A stretch of DNA of 64,000 nucleotides from a virus, in IMG/VR virus record IMGVR_UViG_3300026290_000001; one strand, given 5' to 3'. The notes under the pieces were generated by a model, which worked only from the letters and a program-made list of their open reading frames with translations, made no database searches and had not been told where the DNA came from. This document shows positions 47,730-57,724 of this stretch, one piece after another. A program made the position numbers and the translations under genes. How positions within the stretch are numbered: the stretch's first letter is position 1; every line of letters starts with the position of its first letter.

Positions 47730-48710
47730 TTAAATTTTTAGTTCATTTTTTAAAATTTCCTCAATATTATCAAATTCCCAATAGGGAATACGAAGCAAAA
47801 TTATATTATGCTTTTTACAATATTCATTTTTTAGTTCATCATGAATTTGTAAAGTTTCAAACTCCTTCTTGGTCATCATACCTTTAACCCATTCATAATG
47901 TTGTTTCCCGTCATATTCAATCAACATTCTTAATTGGGTTTTTTCTTTGTCCCAAAATACAGGAACATCAAATTTAAGTAAACCTCCTCCAACGCCCTTT
48001 AAATCATCAAAAGTATATTGGGTGTGATGTGGAATATCATATTTTGTAAGTAAAATATCTAATTGTTTCTCTCCTTTAGATTCTGCACACTGGGAACAAC
48101 CTCTATTATTGCAACTTCTACTGAATATTTTTGCTTTCCATTCATACCCACATTCTAAACATTTCCACCAAGCGTACTTATTACAACCATAAGTTATATC
48201 ATAGGGAGTTAAATCGCCATTTTTGGTAGGATGCCACTCTAAGGTTAGGTCTGGTCTTTTAGTAGCGAGACAGTTTGATAATGTTACTTGCGCCCCTACG
48301 CAAACACCACATCCATTACCACTATAAATACCACTCCAATCAGCTAGAAAAATTTCTCCACAATCTTCTTTTAAACATCTCCATTGCATTTTAGTTTTTG
48401 CATTGCTATAATTTGTACTTATTAACTCAAAAGGTTTATTATTTAATACACACCAATTTTTCATATTTTGAATTGTGTATGGATTAGAAACATCAAATTT
48501 CATTGGATTGCTTCTTAAAAATACCGATATACTTTGAAAATAATAATAACTATCCATATCTTTAAATGTTAATTTTGAAAGCGCATTCTTATATTTCAAA
48601 TCAATCAAAATATAACCTTTTGCTAATAAAGTTTCCTTCACTAACTCATAAGTCCATTTAGTACCACTTGTATAACCCATAAATTCCTCCTCATCCTTGT
48701 TTACAAACAA
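47730..48710 (-). CDS. homing-endonuclease-like protein (zinc ribbon + PD-(D/E)xK/Vsr-like nuclease domain)
   Basis: Cys-rich region with EWHPTKNGDLTP zinc-ribbon motif, C-terminal ...LIEYDGKQHYEW...LLRIPYWE nuclease-like motif; intrusive position between capsid-assembly genes. Confidence 0.45.
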   Translation of the reverse strand: MFVNKDEEEFMGYTSGTKWTYELVKETLLAKGYILIDLKYKNALSKLTFKDMDSYYYFQSISVFLRSNPMKFDVSNPYTIQNMKNWCVLNNKPFELISTNYSNAKTKMQWRCLKEDCGEIFLADWSGIYSGNGCGVCVGAQVTLSNCLATKRPDLTLEWHPTKNGDLTPYDITYGCNKYAWWKCLECGYEWKAKIFSRSCNNRGCSQCAESKGEKQLDILLTKYDIPHHTQYTFDDLKGVGGGLLKFDVPVFWDKEKTQLRMLIEYDGKQHYEWVKGMMTKKEFETLQIHDELKNEYCKKHNIILLRIPYWEFDNIEEILKNELKI

Positions 48711-48827
48711 AAATAAGGAGAGGGAAGGTTTTTATCCTTCAAATCTCCTTTTATATAAAGAGGTAGTGGGAACATACCCCACCAGGAGTAACCTCCAAAT
48801 CTTAATTTCTTTTAATTTTTACTCTAC

Positions 48828-50294
48828 TTACTCTTTCTTCGAATACTTCTCTAAAAATTCATCAACTTTACTATGATTCTCTTCAATCTTCTTACTAAAA
48901 TCCAACTTCACTTTATCATTTTTATTTTTCTCTTTTGGTTTTGAAAAATTATTAGCACTCTGAATACCTAAAATCATATAACACTCTTTTTCCAAATCTT
49001 TAATTTTAAATTCAGATGCGGTTTCTTTCAATTTTTCATATTCAGGAATACCTTGAAGTTTATCATCGAATCGAGAGAAAAGATTTTGTTCGGATTCTTT
49101 GCGTTCTTCGGCAAATTTTATTGCCTGATATTCACGCAGAGCAATTACTTCTTCTTCTAGAGCAGAATAATTGTTTCTCATAATATCAATTGCTTCTTTT
49201 TCTTCTTTTGTAAGTCTATATTGGAAAAGTTCAATTCTTTCTCCCACAAAAGATACAACATCTTCTTCCTTTTTATATCCTTGACGATATATTTTTGTAC
49301 CTTCCCAATTTTCATATTCAAAACGATCATCATAAACCTGATCAATAAAATACCATTCATTATCTTCATCTTCCACGGGAGATAATAATTGATATAAAGC
49401 ATATCTTATCTCTGAATGCGAAAGTTCAAAAGATTTGATGAATTTTTCTGGTTCGTTATTATCATCGTTTTCTGAATCTAAATCATTGGTAGAATACAAT
49501 TCTTTTAATTTCTCCTCGATTTCCTCAAATTGCATCTCTTCTATATTAAAAGGTAATTCTTCTAAAGTTACCTTATATTCAGAAAGCAAAGCAATTATCT
49601 TTTCATCCACATTACTACCTCCTTTTTCAGTTTTATCTATATCATAATTAGAAAGAGTATTTTTTAACTCTTCCATCATTAAGATAAACTTTTGTTTTGT
49701 ATATTCTTCAAATGTTCCAGTAGTACCCAAAGCATTTTCCATACCAGTACCAGAATCTTTATTTAAAAATGTAATACCTTGATATCTATAATCAGTTATA
49801 TTAAACACCTTATCTTTTGCATTAAAAGTATATCCATCAATAATAATTTCCATAGATAATTTTATATTTTCATCTCTTTCAATTATATCTTCTGCATAAT
49901 TTGAGTACTCACGCCAAATATATGCATCCACAAAAACATAATTTTTGCCATTAAATTCTTTTATTTCATGATTACAATTTTCTGGCACAAGCCCAATTGG
50001 GGTTTCCTGAAATATTACTTTATATTCTCCTTCTTTTATCTTGTTGGGTTCTAAAGTCATATCATGGCCACCAAATTGAGGTTGTCCATCTTCATCAAAA
50101 ATTACATTTGCAAGAATTGGAATGTTTTTTATAGAATCTTTTGCATTTTCCATATCTGACACTATAAAATTACTCTTATTTGGGTTCACGCCATCATGAC
50201 ACACCCTTAATCGCATTTTTATAAATTTTTCAGAATCAAAAGATTCATCCACTTCATATGTGGTAGCAAGTGAAAGATGTTGCAATTCATTCAA
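48828..50294 (-). CDS. putative prohead protease/scaffold protein
   Basis: Position directly downstream of portal; acidic coiled-coil C-terminal half. Confidence 0.35.
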   Translation of the reverse strand: MNELQHLSLATTYEVDESFDSEKFIKMRLRVCHDGVNPNKSNFIVSDMENAKDSIKNIPILANVIFDEDGQPQFGGHDMTLEPNKIKEGEYKVIFQETPIGLVPENCNHEIKEFNGKNYVFVDAYIWREYSNYAEDIIERDENIKLSMEIIIDGYTFNAKDKVFNITDYRYQGITFLNKDSGTGMENALGTTGTFEEYTKQKFILMMEELKNTLSNYDIDKTEKGGSNVDEKIIALLSEYKVTLEELPFNIEEMQFEEIEEKLKELYSTNDLDSENDDNNEPEKFIKSFELSHSEIRYALYQLLSPVEDEDNEWYFIDQVYDDRFEYENWEGTKIYRQGYKKEEDVVSFVGERIELFQYRLTKEEKEAIDIMRNNYSALEEEVIALREYQAIKFAEERKESEQNLFSRFDDKLQGIPEYEKLKETASEFKIKDLEKECYMILGIQSANNFSKPKEKNKNDKVKLDFSKKIEENHSKVDEFLEKYSKKE

Positions 50295-50525
50295 TACTTA
50301 ATCACCACCTTTACTAAAAAATCATTTTATTACTAAAAATAAATTGCTTCTTATCTAGTTGATTGAAATCAAATGATATAGAAGAAGAATTCTCAAAAAT
50401 AAATAAACTATCGGTAGAAACCAATAGTTTAAATCCATTTTGCAACAATTTATTTTTTAGTTCTTGATTAAAACAGTGAATAAACTTCACATTAGGATAC
50501 CTCCTTCTTTAAATTAAATATTTAA

Positions 50526-52052
50526 TTATGTCCTATTATCAGGATTATTACTATCAACCACCTGACCTGCTTCTGTTGATCCTTCTATATTATCCCCCTT
50601 ACTTTTTGCCCCACCTTTATTAGAATCCTGATAAGCTGATTTAAGTGGCACAAATTTATCCGTAATTTTCATCACATCATTTTCAAGTAGTATCGAATTC
50701 ATCACATCAGAAGGAGATAGTCCCAAAGACGCACAATAATGACGTTTTACTGGAAGTCCAACTGTACTTGCTTCTCTATACATAGTTGCTAATTCATTTT
50801 TGTTATATCTTGTAATGTCCAAGAAAGTAACCTTGAAATTTATTTTTTTATTTTCATCTTTCAATCTGCGATTTATCCATCTCTCAAATTGCCGTAATAA
50901 TTGAAATACAGTTGCTTCATCACTCATAATGGCTTTGTTCAAGGCGGCACCAGATGCTTTATCACTATTAAAAATAAGTTTTGGTACACCAGCCGAATTA
51001 TAAATTGAATTCTCTGCCAAACTTACTCCATCTAACTCTCTTTCACTTTTATTAAGTTTAATGGATTCTACGGAATCAAAAGGGGATAATGCGATTCCGA
51101 TTTGATTAGGTAAATTACTACCCATAAGCTGATAGTACTCTTTGGCAATATCTAAACTTAAGGCGAAATTATTGGCAGAATCATCACTTTTGTTATATGG
51201 AATCTTAGCAATAAGTAGTAAATAGTTTTCTAATTCAGTTTTAGACATCTGAATATCCTTATACTCATAAAGTGAATAAATATCTTCAAATATTCCCGCC
51301 AAAGGTGGTATAGAATAATCGGTGTTAGATATTTTAATGCAAATAGTTTTACTAGAATCTAACTCTTGCCATTTCATATTCTTTCTATCTTTTTTATAAA
51401 TTTCATATTTTTCTCTAAATTCAGGAGCATACCTTTCTAAATCTTTTGGATAGGTGTCAAAATAATTGAACGAAAAACTGTAATTGTAGCACCCATCCTC
51501 AATACTACTTATAGCACAATAATCAGGGTTTAATAAATCAAAAAAGAAAGAATTTTTAGTTGAATAAATATACCCATACGCAACATCATCTATAAATGCC
51601 CTATATGTTAATTTTGAAAATTCATGTTTAATATTCATTGTTTCTAATAAATTTAATGTTGTTATATATTTTTTTTCTATTGTTGTAATTAAATCTTTAG
51701 TAATTTCATAATCAGTTTGGTTATATATATCTACCACATAATCAAAAGTTAACATTGTGGAAAAATAATCAATTAATCTTCTATAATGAGAAGAACTATC
51801 TAACAAAAACCTTGATAAATCTCTTAGTTTCTTTTCATATTTATGAGGATTTGCTAACCATGCAATTACATCATTTTTTGAAAATGTTTTATTAAAAGTA
51901 GAATTTGGTTGAGTATTATTTAAATCTTTTTTTATGTATTTTGCAAACTCAGCAAAATGAAGCATCATACGTTGAAACTGCATATCTTCTTTACTTAATG
52001 GTACATCGGTTTTAATAATTTCTTCTTTAATATCTGTTTTAGTATCTGTCAA
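50526..52052 (-). CDS. portal protein (putative)
   Basis: 508 aa directly downstream of large terminase. Confidence 0.55.
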   Translation of the reverse strand: MTDTKTDIKEEIIKTDVPLSKEDMQFQRMMLHFAEFAKYIKKDLNNTQPNSTFNKTFSKNDVIAWLANPHKYEKKLRDLSRFLLDSSSHYRRLIDYFSTMLTFDYVVDIYNQTDYEITKDLITTIEKKYITTLNLLETMNIKHEFSKLTYRAFIDDVAYGYIYSTKNSFFFDLLNPDYCAISSIEDGCYNYSFSFNYFDTYPKDLERYAPEFREKYEIYKKDRKNMKWQELDSSKTICIKISNTDYSIPPLAGIFEDIYSLYEYKDIQMSKTELENYLLLIAKIPYNKSDDSANNFALSLDIAKEYYQLMGSNLPNQIGIALSPFDSVESIKLNKSERELDGVSLAENSIYNSAGVPKLIFNSDKASGAALNKAIMSDEATVFQLLRQFERWINRRLKDENKKINFKVTFLDITRYNKNELATMYREASTVGLPVKRHYCASLGLSPSDVMNSILLENDVMKITDKFVPLKSAYQDSNKGGAKSKGDNIEGSTEAGQVVDSNNPDNRT

Positions 52053-52139
52053 TAAAATTACACCACCTTTCTATGTGAAATTTATATTTATGTTTATTGA
52101 TTTGTTATTTATATAATTAATTATATTTTTATTTTGTTA

Positions 52140-54014
52140 TTATCGTTTGCGAATTTGGGGTTTTTTAAATTGAAATAATTCTTGGACATTAATATCGTTG
52201 TTGGTTTTTCTTTGTGTAATATGTTTTCTTCTTAATTGTTGCAAATACCATGCTAACATGGCAATGCAATATGCACGGTCATCGTGCATGATTCTTTCTT
52301 TATCAGGTGGAAGATTATATCTATATCCACCATTAGGACTATCAAATCTATAAATATTTACCAATTCTTCTTTTGCCAAATCAATATTTTTTAATGCTAA
52401 TTCTTCATCAAAAGATAATTTATGTATTTTTTGACTAGATTGAATATCTTTCTTTTTATTTTTATTATCATCTTCATATTCTACTTCCTGATTCTCAAAT
52501 AAAGAAATATATCCCTTCATATCATACTCTTCTGTAAATGATATTAAATCTAATCCCAACATTTCAACTAATGCATCAAACATTTCATTTTTATATTTTT
52601 TAGGACTCATTAATTTTAATTTATCTACTGCATTTGGAAATTTAGTAATATAATCAGCAGATTCTATTTTATCAATCAACCCTTTATGTGGATTGCCTTG
52701 TTGATCAATCCAATCCTCCATAAGATAGTCTGCAATATTTACGCCAGCACCGCCAGCACCCGAATCAATGAGAATTGCTTCAATATTTTCATAATCAGCA
52801 CATTGTTTTCCATTGTAATCTAAAATCATTTGTTTTAAATATGCAATTTGTTCTGGTGTTCTCATTGGTGTTTTTTTCTTCTTACCAATGTCTACAAAAC
52901 TAACACCATTGCAAATTCTCATTTTATATCCAACTTGTTCATCAAAATAAATTTCACCAACTAAAGATACCGAATTATCATAACTCCTAGCAGGATCATA
53001 TCCTATCACAAACTTACTATTATCAGTGTTATATAAAATAGGAGGTCTAACTTCACTATTTCTAATTATAACTGATCTTTTAATTGCCTGATTTTCTCCG
53101 CCTTCATTAGAAAATTTATTATAATACTCTCTTAAGGCTTTAATTTTATTCTTTTTCATAGCATCTTCTACAACTTCTTTTTTCAACAAAGATGGGTAAA
53201 CCTTACCATTATAAGTAGAATTAAATACAATTTCTACATTTATATCTGCAACAAAATAATTTTTATTACCTAAAAACATCTCTTTGGCATAATCTCTATA
53301 TACCTTGTAAAAATATGTGTCCGTACCAGATGCTGAAGATGCAAATATTGCTTGGTTAGGAAACTCTTTAGGTAATAAATCTAAGTTTATATCTCCACCT
53401 AATTTAAAGTTACTATCTTGTGTAATAAAGGGTAGGGAAGTAATAAACAATTCTTCTGGTGCAAAACCACTTTCATCATAAATATTTAAATTACTTCTTT
53501 TACTTCTATTATGATCAAAAGCACCATTTAGTGAATTTAAAGCACTTCCATTATAAAGTTTATATTGAAATGAAGAAGGATTATGTGTAAATCCATCAGT
53601 ATCAGACCTACTTTTAACTGTTTCATTATAAAAAACATCTGTTAATCCAGTAAAAGAAGCAATTTCTCTTTTTGCTATTTTTTCTATTTTCATAAATGCT
53701 TCTTGTGCTTGACTACCAACTCCACTCATTACATATGCTTGAAAATTAGATATTAAATTAGTCTTTGCCATTGCAAAAGGTGCAATCATTGTAGTTTTAC
53801 CACTACCCCTACTCTGACACCATACACAAAAAGGAGTTGTCCAACTCATCATAAAAACATACTTTTGACTATCTAAAAAATCAATTCCATAGAAACGTTC
53901 ACAAAAACGAATGGGGTATTGCCTCCCCCATTGTACAATTTGTACTAAACGCATATATCCTTCTAATTTTCTTTGAGACATTTCTTGTTTTGTTTTTTGA
54001 ATAATATATTCCAT
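52140..54014 (-). CDS. terminase large subunit
   Basis: Walker A QSRGSGKTT, Walker B-like NIYDESG, C-terminal nuclease motifs IGYDPARS and LIDSGAGG. Confidence 0.8.
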   Translation of the reverse strand: MEYIIQKTKQEMSQRKLEGYMRLVQIVQWGRQYPIRFCERFYGIDFLDSQKYVFMMSWTTPFCVWCQSRGSGKTTMIAPFAMAKTNLISNFQAYVMSGVGSQAQEAFMKIEKIAKREIASFTGLTDVFYNETVKSRSDTDGFTHNPSSFQYKLYNGSALNSLNGAFDHNRSKRSNLNIYDESGFAPEELFITSLPFITQDSNFKLGGDINLDLLPKEFPNQAIFASSASGTDTYFYKVYRDYAKEMFLGNKNYFVADINVEIVFNSTYNGKVYPSLLKKEVVEDAMKKNKIKALREYYNKFSNEGGENQAIKRSVIIRNSEVRPPILYNTDNSKFVIGYDPARSYDNSVSLVGEIYFDEQVGYKMRICNGVSFVDIGKKKKTPMRTPEQIAYLKQMILDYNGKQCADYENIEAILIDSGAGGAGVNIADYLMEDWIDQQGNPHKGLIDKIESADYITKFPNAVDKLKLMSPKKYKNEMFDALVEMLGLDLISFTEEYDMKGYISLFENQEVEYEDDNKNKKKDIQSSQKIHKLSFDEELALKNIDLAKEELVNIYRFDSPNGGYRYNLPPDKERIMHDDRAYCIAMLAWYLQQLRRKHITQRKTNNDINVQELFQFKKPQIRKR

Positions 54015-54022
54015 TAATTATT

Positions 54023-55177
54023 TCACACCTTTAAATCACCTTCATAATTATATATTTTTGTTTTTAATAATCTATTTTCTTCTTCTAATTTATCATTAGA
54101 CTCGGTAAGATTTAAAATCATTTCACGTTGCTTAGTAATCATTTCAGTATAATCATTTTCGTCAAATATTAATTGTTCAATAATACTTTTATTGCTTATA
54201 TCAGCAACTTGCTTTATACCCTTGCAAGTTTCTATATCAAATAAATTAACTTCTGAACCTGGTATTTTTTTTTCATGCAAATCTTTAATTATTCCTGATA
54301 ATGTACCTGCTCCTTTTGATTTATTAGTTGCATGATTTACTGATATACCATTATCTTTAGCCAATGCTAATAATGAACGATACATCTTATCTTTTGCTTC
54401 AAATAATGATTTAACTCCACCTACAGAATTTGCAACATTATTAACATCTGCTGTCATAATTGCTAACGCTTGATTAATTTTATCTATTTGATTAAAACTT
54501 TTAACTATTTCTATGACGGTTGGCAGTTTGAACGAATCCTCAAGTGTGCTTTCGTCAAGAAAATCAACTAAAGTATTATAAAGATATTTTTTATCCATAG
54601 GGTTTTCATTCTCAAATGGATCATAACCAACCATACGAATTACATCTTCTTTATTTCTTTTATCCAACTCATTAGTATCTAAATCAATTTCCGTTTGAAA
54701 TATATTTGGATCAACATTTGTATCTAATGGTACAGATTCAGAAAATGTTTTTGATTTCCATTGTGGTAAACTATTAATTTTTTGAAAGTAGATTTGAGCT
54801 ATATTACTATTACTGTTACTTGCTTGTTGTTCAGCAGTTAAATATACCGATGAATCAAAATAATAATCTAATAATCTACATAAAAAATATAATGCCACTT
54901 TACAATCATCATGTTTTTCAACAAGATAAGCATATAAATCAATTACACATTGTTTACAAATGACTGTACGTTGGTTATTCCCCTTTAATATTATAGAATT
55001 TGACAAATAGTAGTTTCTTTCTTGCTCTTTTTCTTCTCCACAACAAACGCATTTAAACATAATTTTTTCTTTTTTTTCTTGTGGTACTTTTTTAGTACCA
55101 GATTTTACTTTAGGAATAAGTACCACTCCTTTTATCCTTTGATCTAAAATAAATTTTCCCAATTCAATACACAACAA
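54023..55177 (-). CDS. hypothetical protein (possible terminase small subunit / DNA-binding)
   Basis: Immediately upstream of the large terminase; N-terminal CxxC pairs. Confidence 0.25.
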   Translation of the reverse strand: MLCIELGKFILDQRIKGVVLIPKVKSGTKKVPQEKKEKIMFKCVCCGEEKEQERNYYLSNSIILKGNNQRTVICKQCVIDLYAYLVEKHDDCKVALYFLCRLLDYYFDSSVYLTAEQQASNSNSNIAQIYFQKINSLPQWKSKTFSESVPLDTNVDPNIFQTEIDLDTNELDKRNKEDVIRMVGYDPFENENPMDKKYLYNTLVDFLDESTLEDSFKLPTVIEIVKSFNQIDKINQALAIMTADVNNVANSVGGVKSLFEAKDKMYRSLLALAKDNGISVNHATNKSKGAGTLSGIIKDLHEKKIPGSEVNLFDIETCKGIKQVADISNKSIIEQLIFDENDYTEMITKQREMILNLTESNDKLEEENRLLKTKIYNYEGDLKV

Positions 55178-55241
55178 AACACTTTCAAAATCCCAATAGA
55201 GTAGGGAAGTGAAAGTGTTTAATGTAAATTGAATTATTTAT

Positions 55242-55550
55242 TTAATTATCTTCCAAACTTTCTATTACAATATGATCTACCATCGTCTCAAAGAAAGATT
55301 CAAGAACGTCATGTACGCACCCAGGGCATATTTGACCATCGGCAAGTTCATAAATCATTTCAACATATCTATCTATGGTACAATTCACACAATCACAACC
55401 ATCGTCTTCATCATCATAATCACTAAAATTCAATTCTTCAAACATTTCATCAAAATCATTTTCACTACATGGTTCATCATTAATAGCATACCTAGAACCT
55501 ACAAATTCTCCTGTACGATCATCATAATATTCGTCAATACTTAATTTCAT
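55242..55550 (-). CDS. acidic Cys-containing hypothetical protein
   Basis: ORF. Confidence 0.3.
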   Translation of the reverse strand: MKLSIDEYYDDRTGEFVGSRYAINDEPCSENDFDEMFEELNFSDYDDEDDGCDCVNCTIDRYVEMIYELADGQICPGCVHDVLESFFETMVDHIVIESLEDN

Positions 55551-55602
55551 AAATTAATCTCCTTTAATTCATTTATATTTATTTTAATAATTTAATTAAA
55601 AT

Positions 55603-56571
55603 TTAAATTGGTATCAACATCAACTTAGTTTTATCATAAATTAATTCACCATTGTCATTCTGACACACATATATAAATCCTTGCTGTTGTGGTACAGTTA
55701 ATAATCCATCGGTATAATCCATTGCTTCTGTTTCACAACAACAACCTTGTTCATACATATATATATCACCTTGAATATAAGAACCAAGTTTATGAGTGTG
55801 GGCTAATATAATTGAATCAAAATCCCTATCAATCCTAAAAAAATAATCAATAGCTTTTTCAGTAGTTTTTAACATTCCATTTGAAGATGTTCTAGGATGT
55901 GCAAACCATGTTTTCCCTATTTTACATTTCCAATCTTTTGTATATTCAATATCAATATCAAAAACATTTTTAATAGGTTCATACCAAATTTCTGTTTTTT
56001 GCCTTTTATCATAATTTTTAAAACCATTATCAATAATCATATCTAAAGAAGTATCAGGCATTAATTGAAGTAAATCATCGTGTATTTTATCACTAAAATA
56101 TTTTTGTAATCTCAATTCATGATTCCCATAATTTAAAATCACTTTCTTTGGTTTTAAATATTCAATTAAATCAATTATGTATTGCCTAGTTTCAATCATT
56201 TCTTCAACAAAATTAACTCTATATTTTTTACTAAATTTACTAATTGATTGACAATCAGATATGTCTCCATTTAACTGTAAAACGTCAACTTTATTTATAT
56301 ATTCTCTAAAAGTTTTTACTGGAAGTTGAAATGGAACGTGAGTGTCAGATATTGATAAAATTCTAGTAGCAACACCATTGCTTTTAAGATAGTTGTCATA
56401 CTCAATTAAACCATAAGCAGTTTTTCTTAAATGATCTGCACTACAATCTAACTTTAATAAATCAACAATTTCTTGCCATTCAATATCATATTTTTCTATA
56501 AGTTTTAATTTGCATAATCTTAATTTCCATTCAAAACCCGATTCTGAATCTTTCTTATTTAAAAATTCCAT
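55603..56571 (-). CDS. calcineurin-like metallophosphoesterase
   Basis: Motifs SISDTHVPF, NGDISD, LNYGNHE, ILAHTHKLG. Confidence 0.6.
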   Translation of the reverse strand: MEFLNKKDSESGFEWKLRLCKLKLIEKYDIEWQEIVDLLKLDCSADHLRKTAYGLIEYDNYLKSNGVATRILSISDTHVPFQLPVKTFREYINKVDVLQLNGDISDCQSISKFSKKYRVNFVEEMIETRQYIIDLIEYLKPKKVILNYGNHELRLQKYFSDKIHDDLLQLMPDTSLDMIIDNGFKNYDKRQKTEIWYEPIKNVFDIDIEYTKDWKCKIGKTWFAHPRTSSNGMLKTTEKAIDYFFRIDRDFDSIILAHTHKLGSYIQGDIYMYEQGCCCETEAMDYTDGLLTVPQQQGFIYVCQNDNGELIYDKTKLMLIPI

Positions 56572-56599
56572 AAGACCTCCTTTAATTCAAAGGTTAATT

Positions 56600-56675
56600 T
56601 GGAGCCGAGTATAGGATTTGAACCCATAATCTGTTGTTTACAAGACAACTGCCTTATCAATTTGGCTAACCCGGC
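56600..56675 (-). tRNA. tRNA-Thr (anticodon UGU), CCA encoded
   Basis: 76-nt cloverleaf folded by hand: 7-bp acceptor stem, T-arm with TTCAAAT loop, anticodon stem GTTGT/ACAAC with loop CTTGTAA. Confidence 0.7.
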
Positions 56676-56877
56676 AAATTAGAAAGTTGGTATCTGCCTA
56701 ACTTAATAGGTCAAATCCCACTTTCTTTGTTATTAATATTAATTCAGTCGGCGTAAAGCCTTTATAATAAAATTCAAACTTTAGTAGATTGGCACTCGCT
56801 ATATCTCTTCAAAGAGCATAATTTTAATAGTTTGATAGCTGTCCATTCTACCCTCAAAGTTTAAATTTATTAATATA

Positions 56878-57264
56878 TTATTCTTTTTCAATCAAAATCT
56901 TTTTCTTTTCAGGTCTATCTAAAATTAAAGTAATAAAAGTTAAACCATTTTTACTTTTAACTTTTATTTTTTCAATCTCATTCATAATACTATCAGCAAT
57001 GGGTAATTCAAAATATGTGTCATAAGTATATCCTTCAACCTCAGTTGAACCACTTACTTTCAGGCCAAAGTTTGTTTCTTCAACCTTTACATCACTAGGA
57101 TCAATACCAATCGTTTTACAAACACACATATAGGTTTTATCGTCTTTTTTGCTCCAGTATGTAGGAAGCATGTCCTTCACAATTGAATTAAAAACTAATT
57201 TTCTAGGCTTTCCAAAACCTAAAGTAAATAAATCCTCAAAAACATCATCAAAAATCCTACTCAT
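56878..57264 (-). CDS. small heat-shock protein (Hsp20/alpha-crystallin-like)
   Basis: About 128 aa; segment GIDPSDVKVEETNFGLKVSGSTE resembles the alpha-crystallin domain core. Confidence 0.4.
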   Translation of the reverse strand: MSRIFDDVFEDLFTLGFGKPRKLVFNSIVKDMLPTYWSKKDDKTYMCVCKTIGIDPSDVKVEETNFGLKVSGSTEVEGYTYDTYFELPIADSIMNEIEKIKVKSKNGLTFITLILDRPEKKKILIEKE

Positions 57265-57361
57265 AAAAATTCCTCCTTAAAATAATTTTAAAAAATATTG
57301 ATAAAGTGGAATACCACATTTATCCTAAAAAATAAATAATAAAATAATTTTAATTTTTATA

Positions 57362-57571
57362 TTAATAACCTAAAAAATATTCCTCCTCATCTATTTTAAA
57401 TTCTTCTCCATTTTTAATTGCTAAATATTTTTTAAATTTAAACTCATCCACATATTTCTTTTTTCGCTTGCTTTTCTTTTTTACACTTGTAGTTACCCAA
57501 TTTTTATTTGTTTCTTTAAGGATACCTAAATCTATCATTTCCTGAAATTGTGCTTTTGTTATTTGGATCAA
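57362..57571 (-). CDS. hypothetical basic protein
   Basis: ORF. Confidence 0.3.
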   Translation of the reverse strand: MIQITKAQFQEMIDLGILKETNKNWVTTSVKKKSKRKKKYVDEFKFKKYLAIKNGEEFKIDEEEYFLGY

Positions 57572-57724
57572 AGTTAATCTATAACTCCTTTATTATTTAT
57601 TGTAATAAAAAATAAAAACTAATAAACATATCGACCAAATATTTATTAGCAATATTTATATTGATACTATATTCATTACATACAAATACTTATTTTTTTA
57701 AATAGTGTTGATATATTGGGATTG

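Noticed and set aside
55229-55544. + strand ORFs (55229..55426, 55272..55544) overlapping the acidic - strand ORF 55242..55550
   Set aside because: The - strand ORF fits operon orientation; the + strand frames are His/Ile-rich low-complexity antisense translations.
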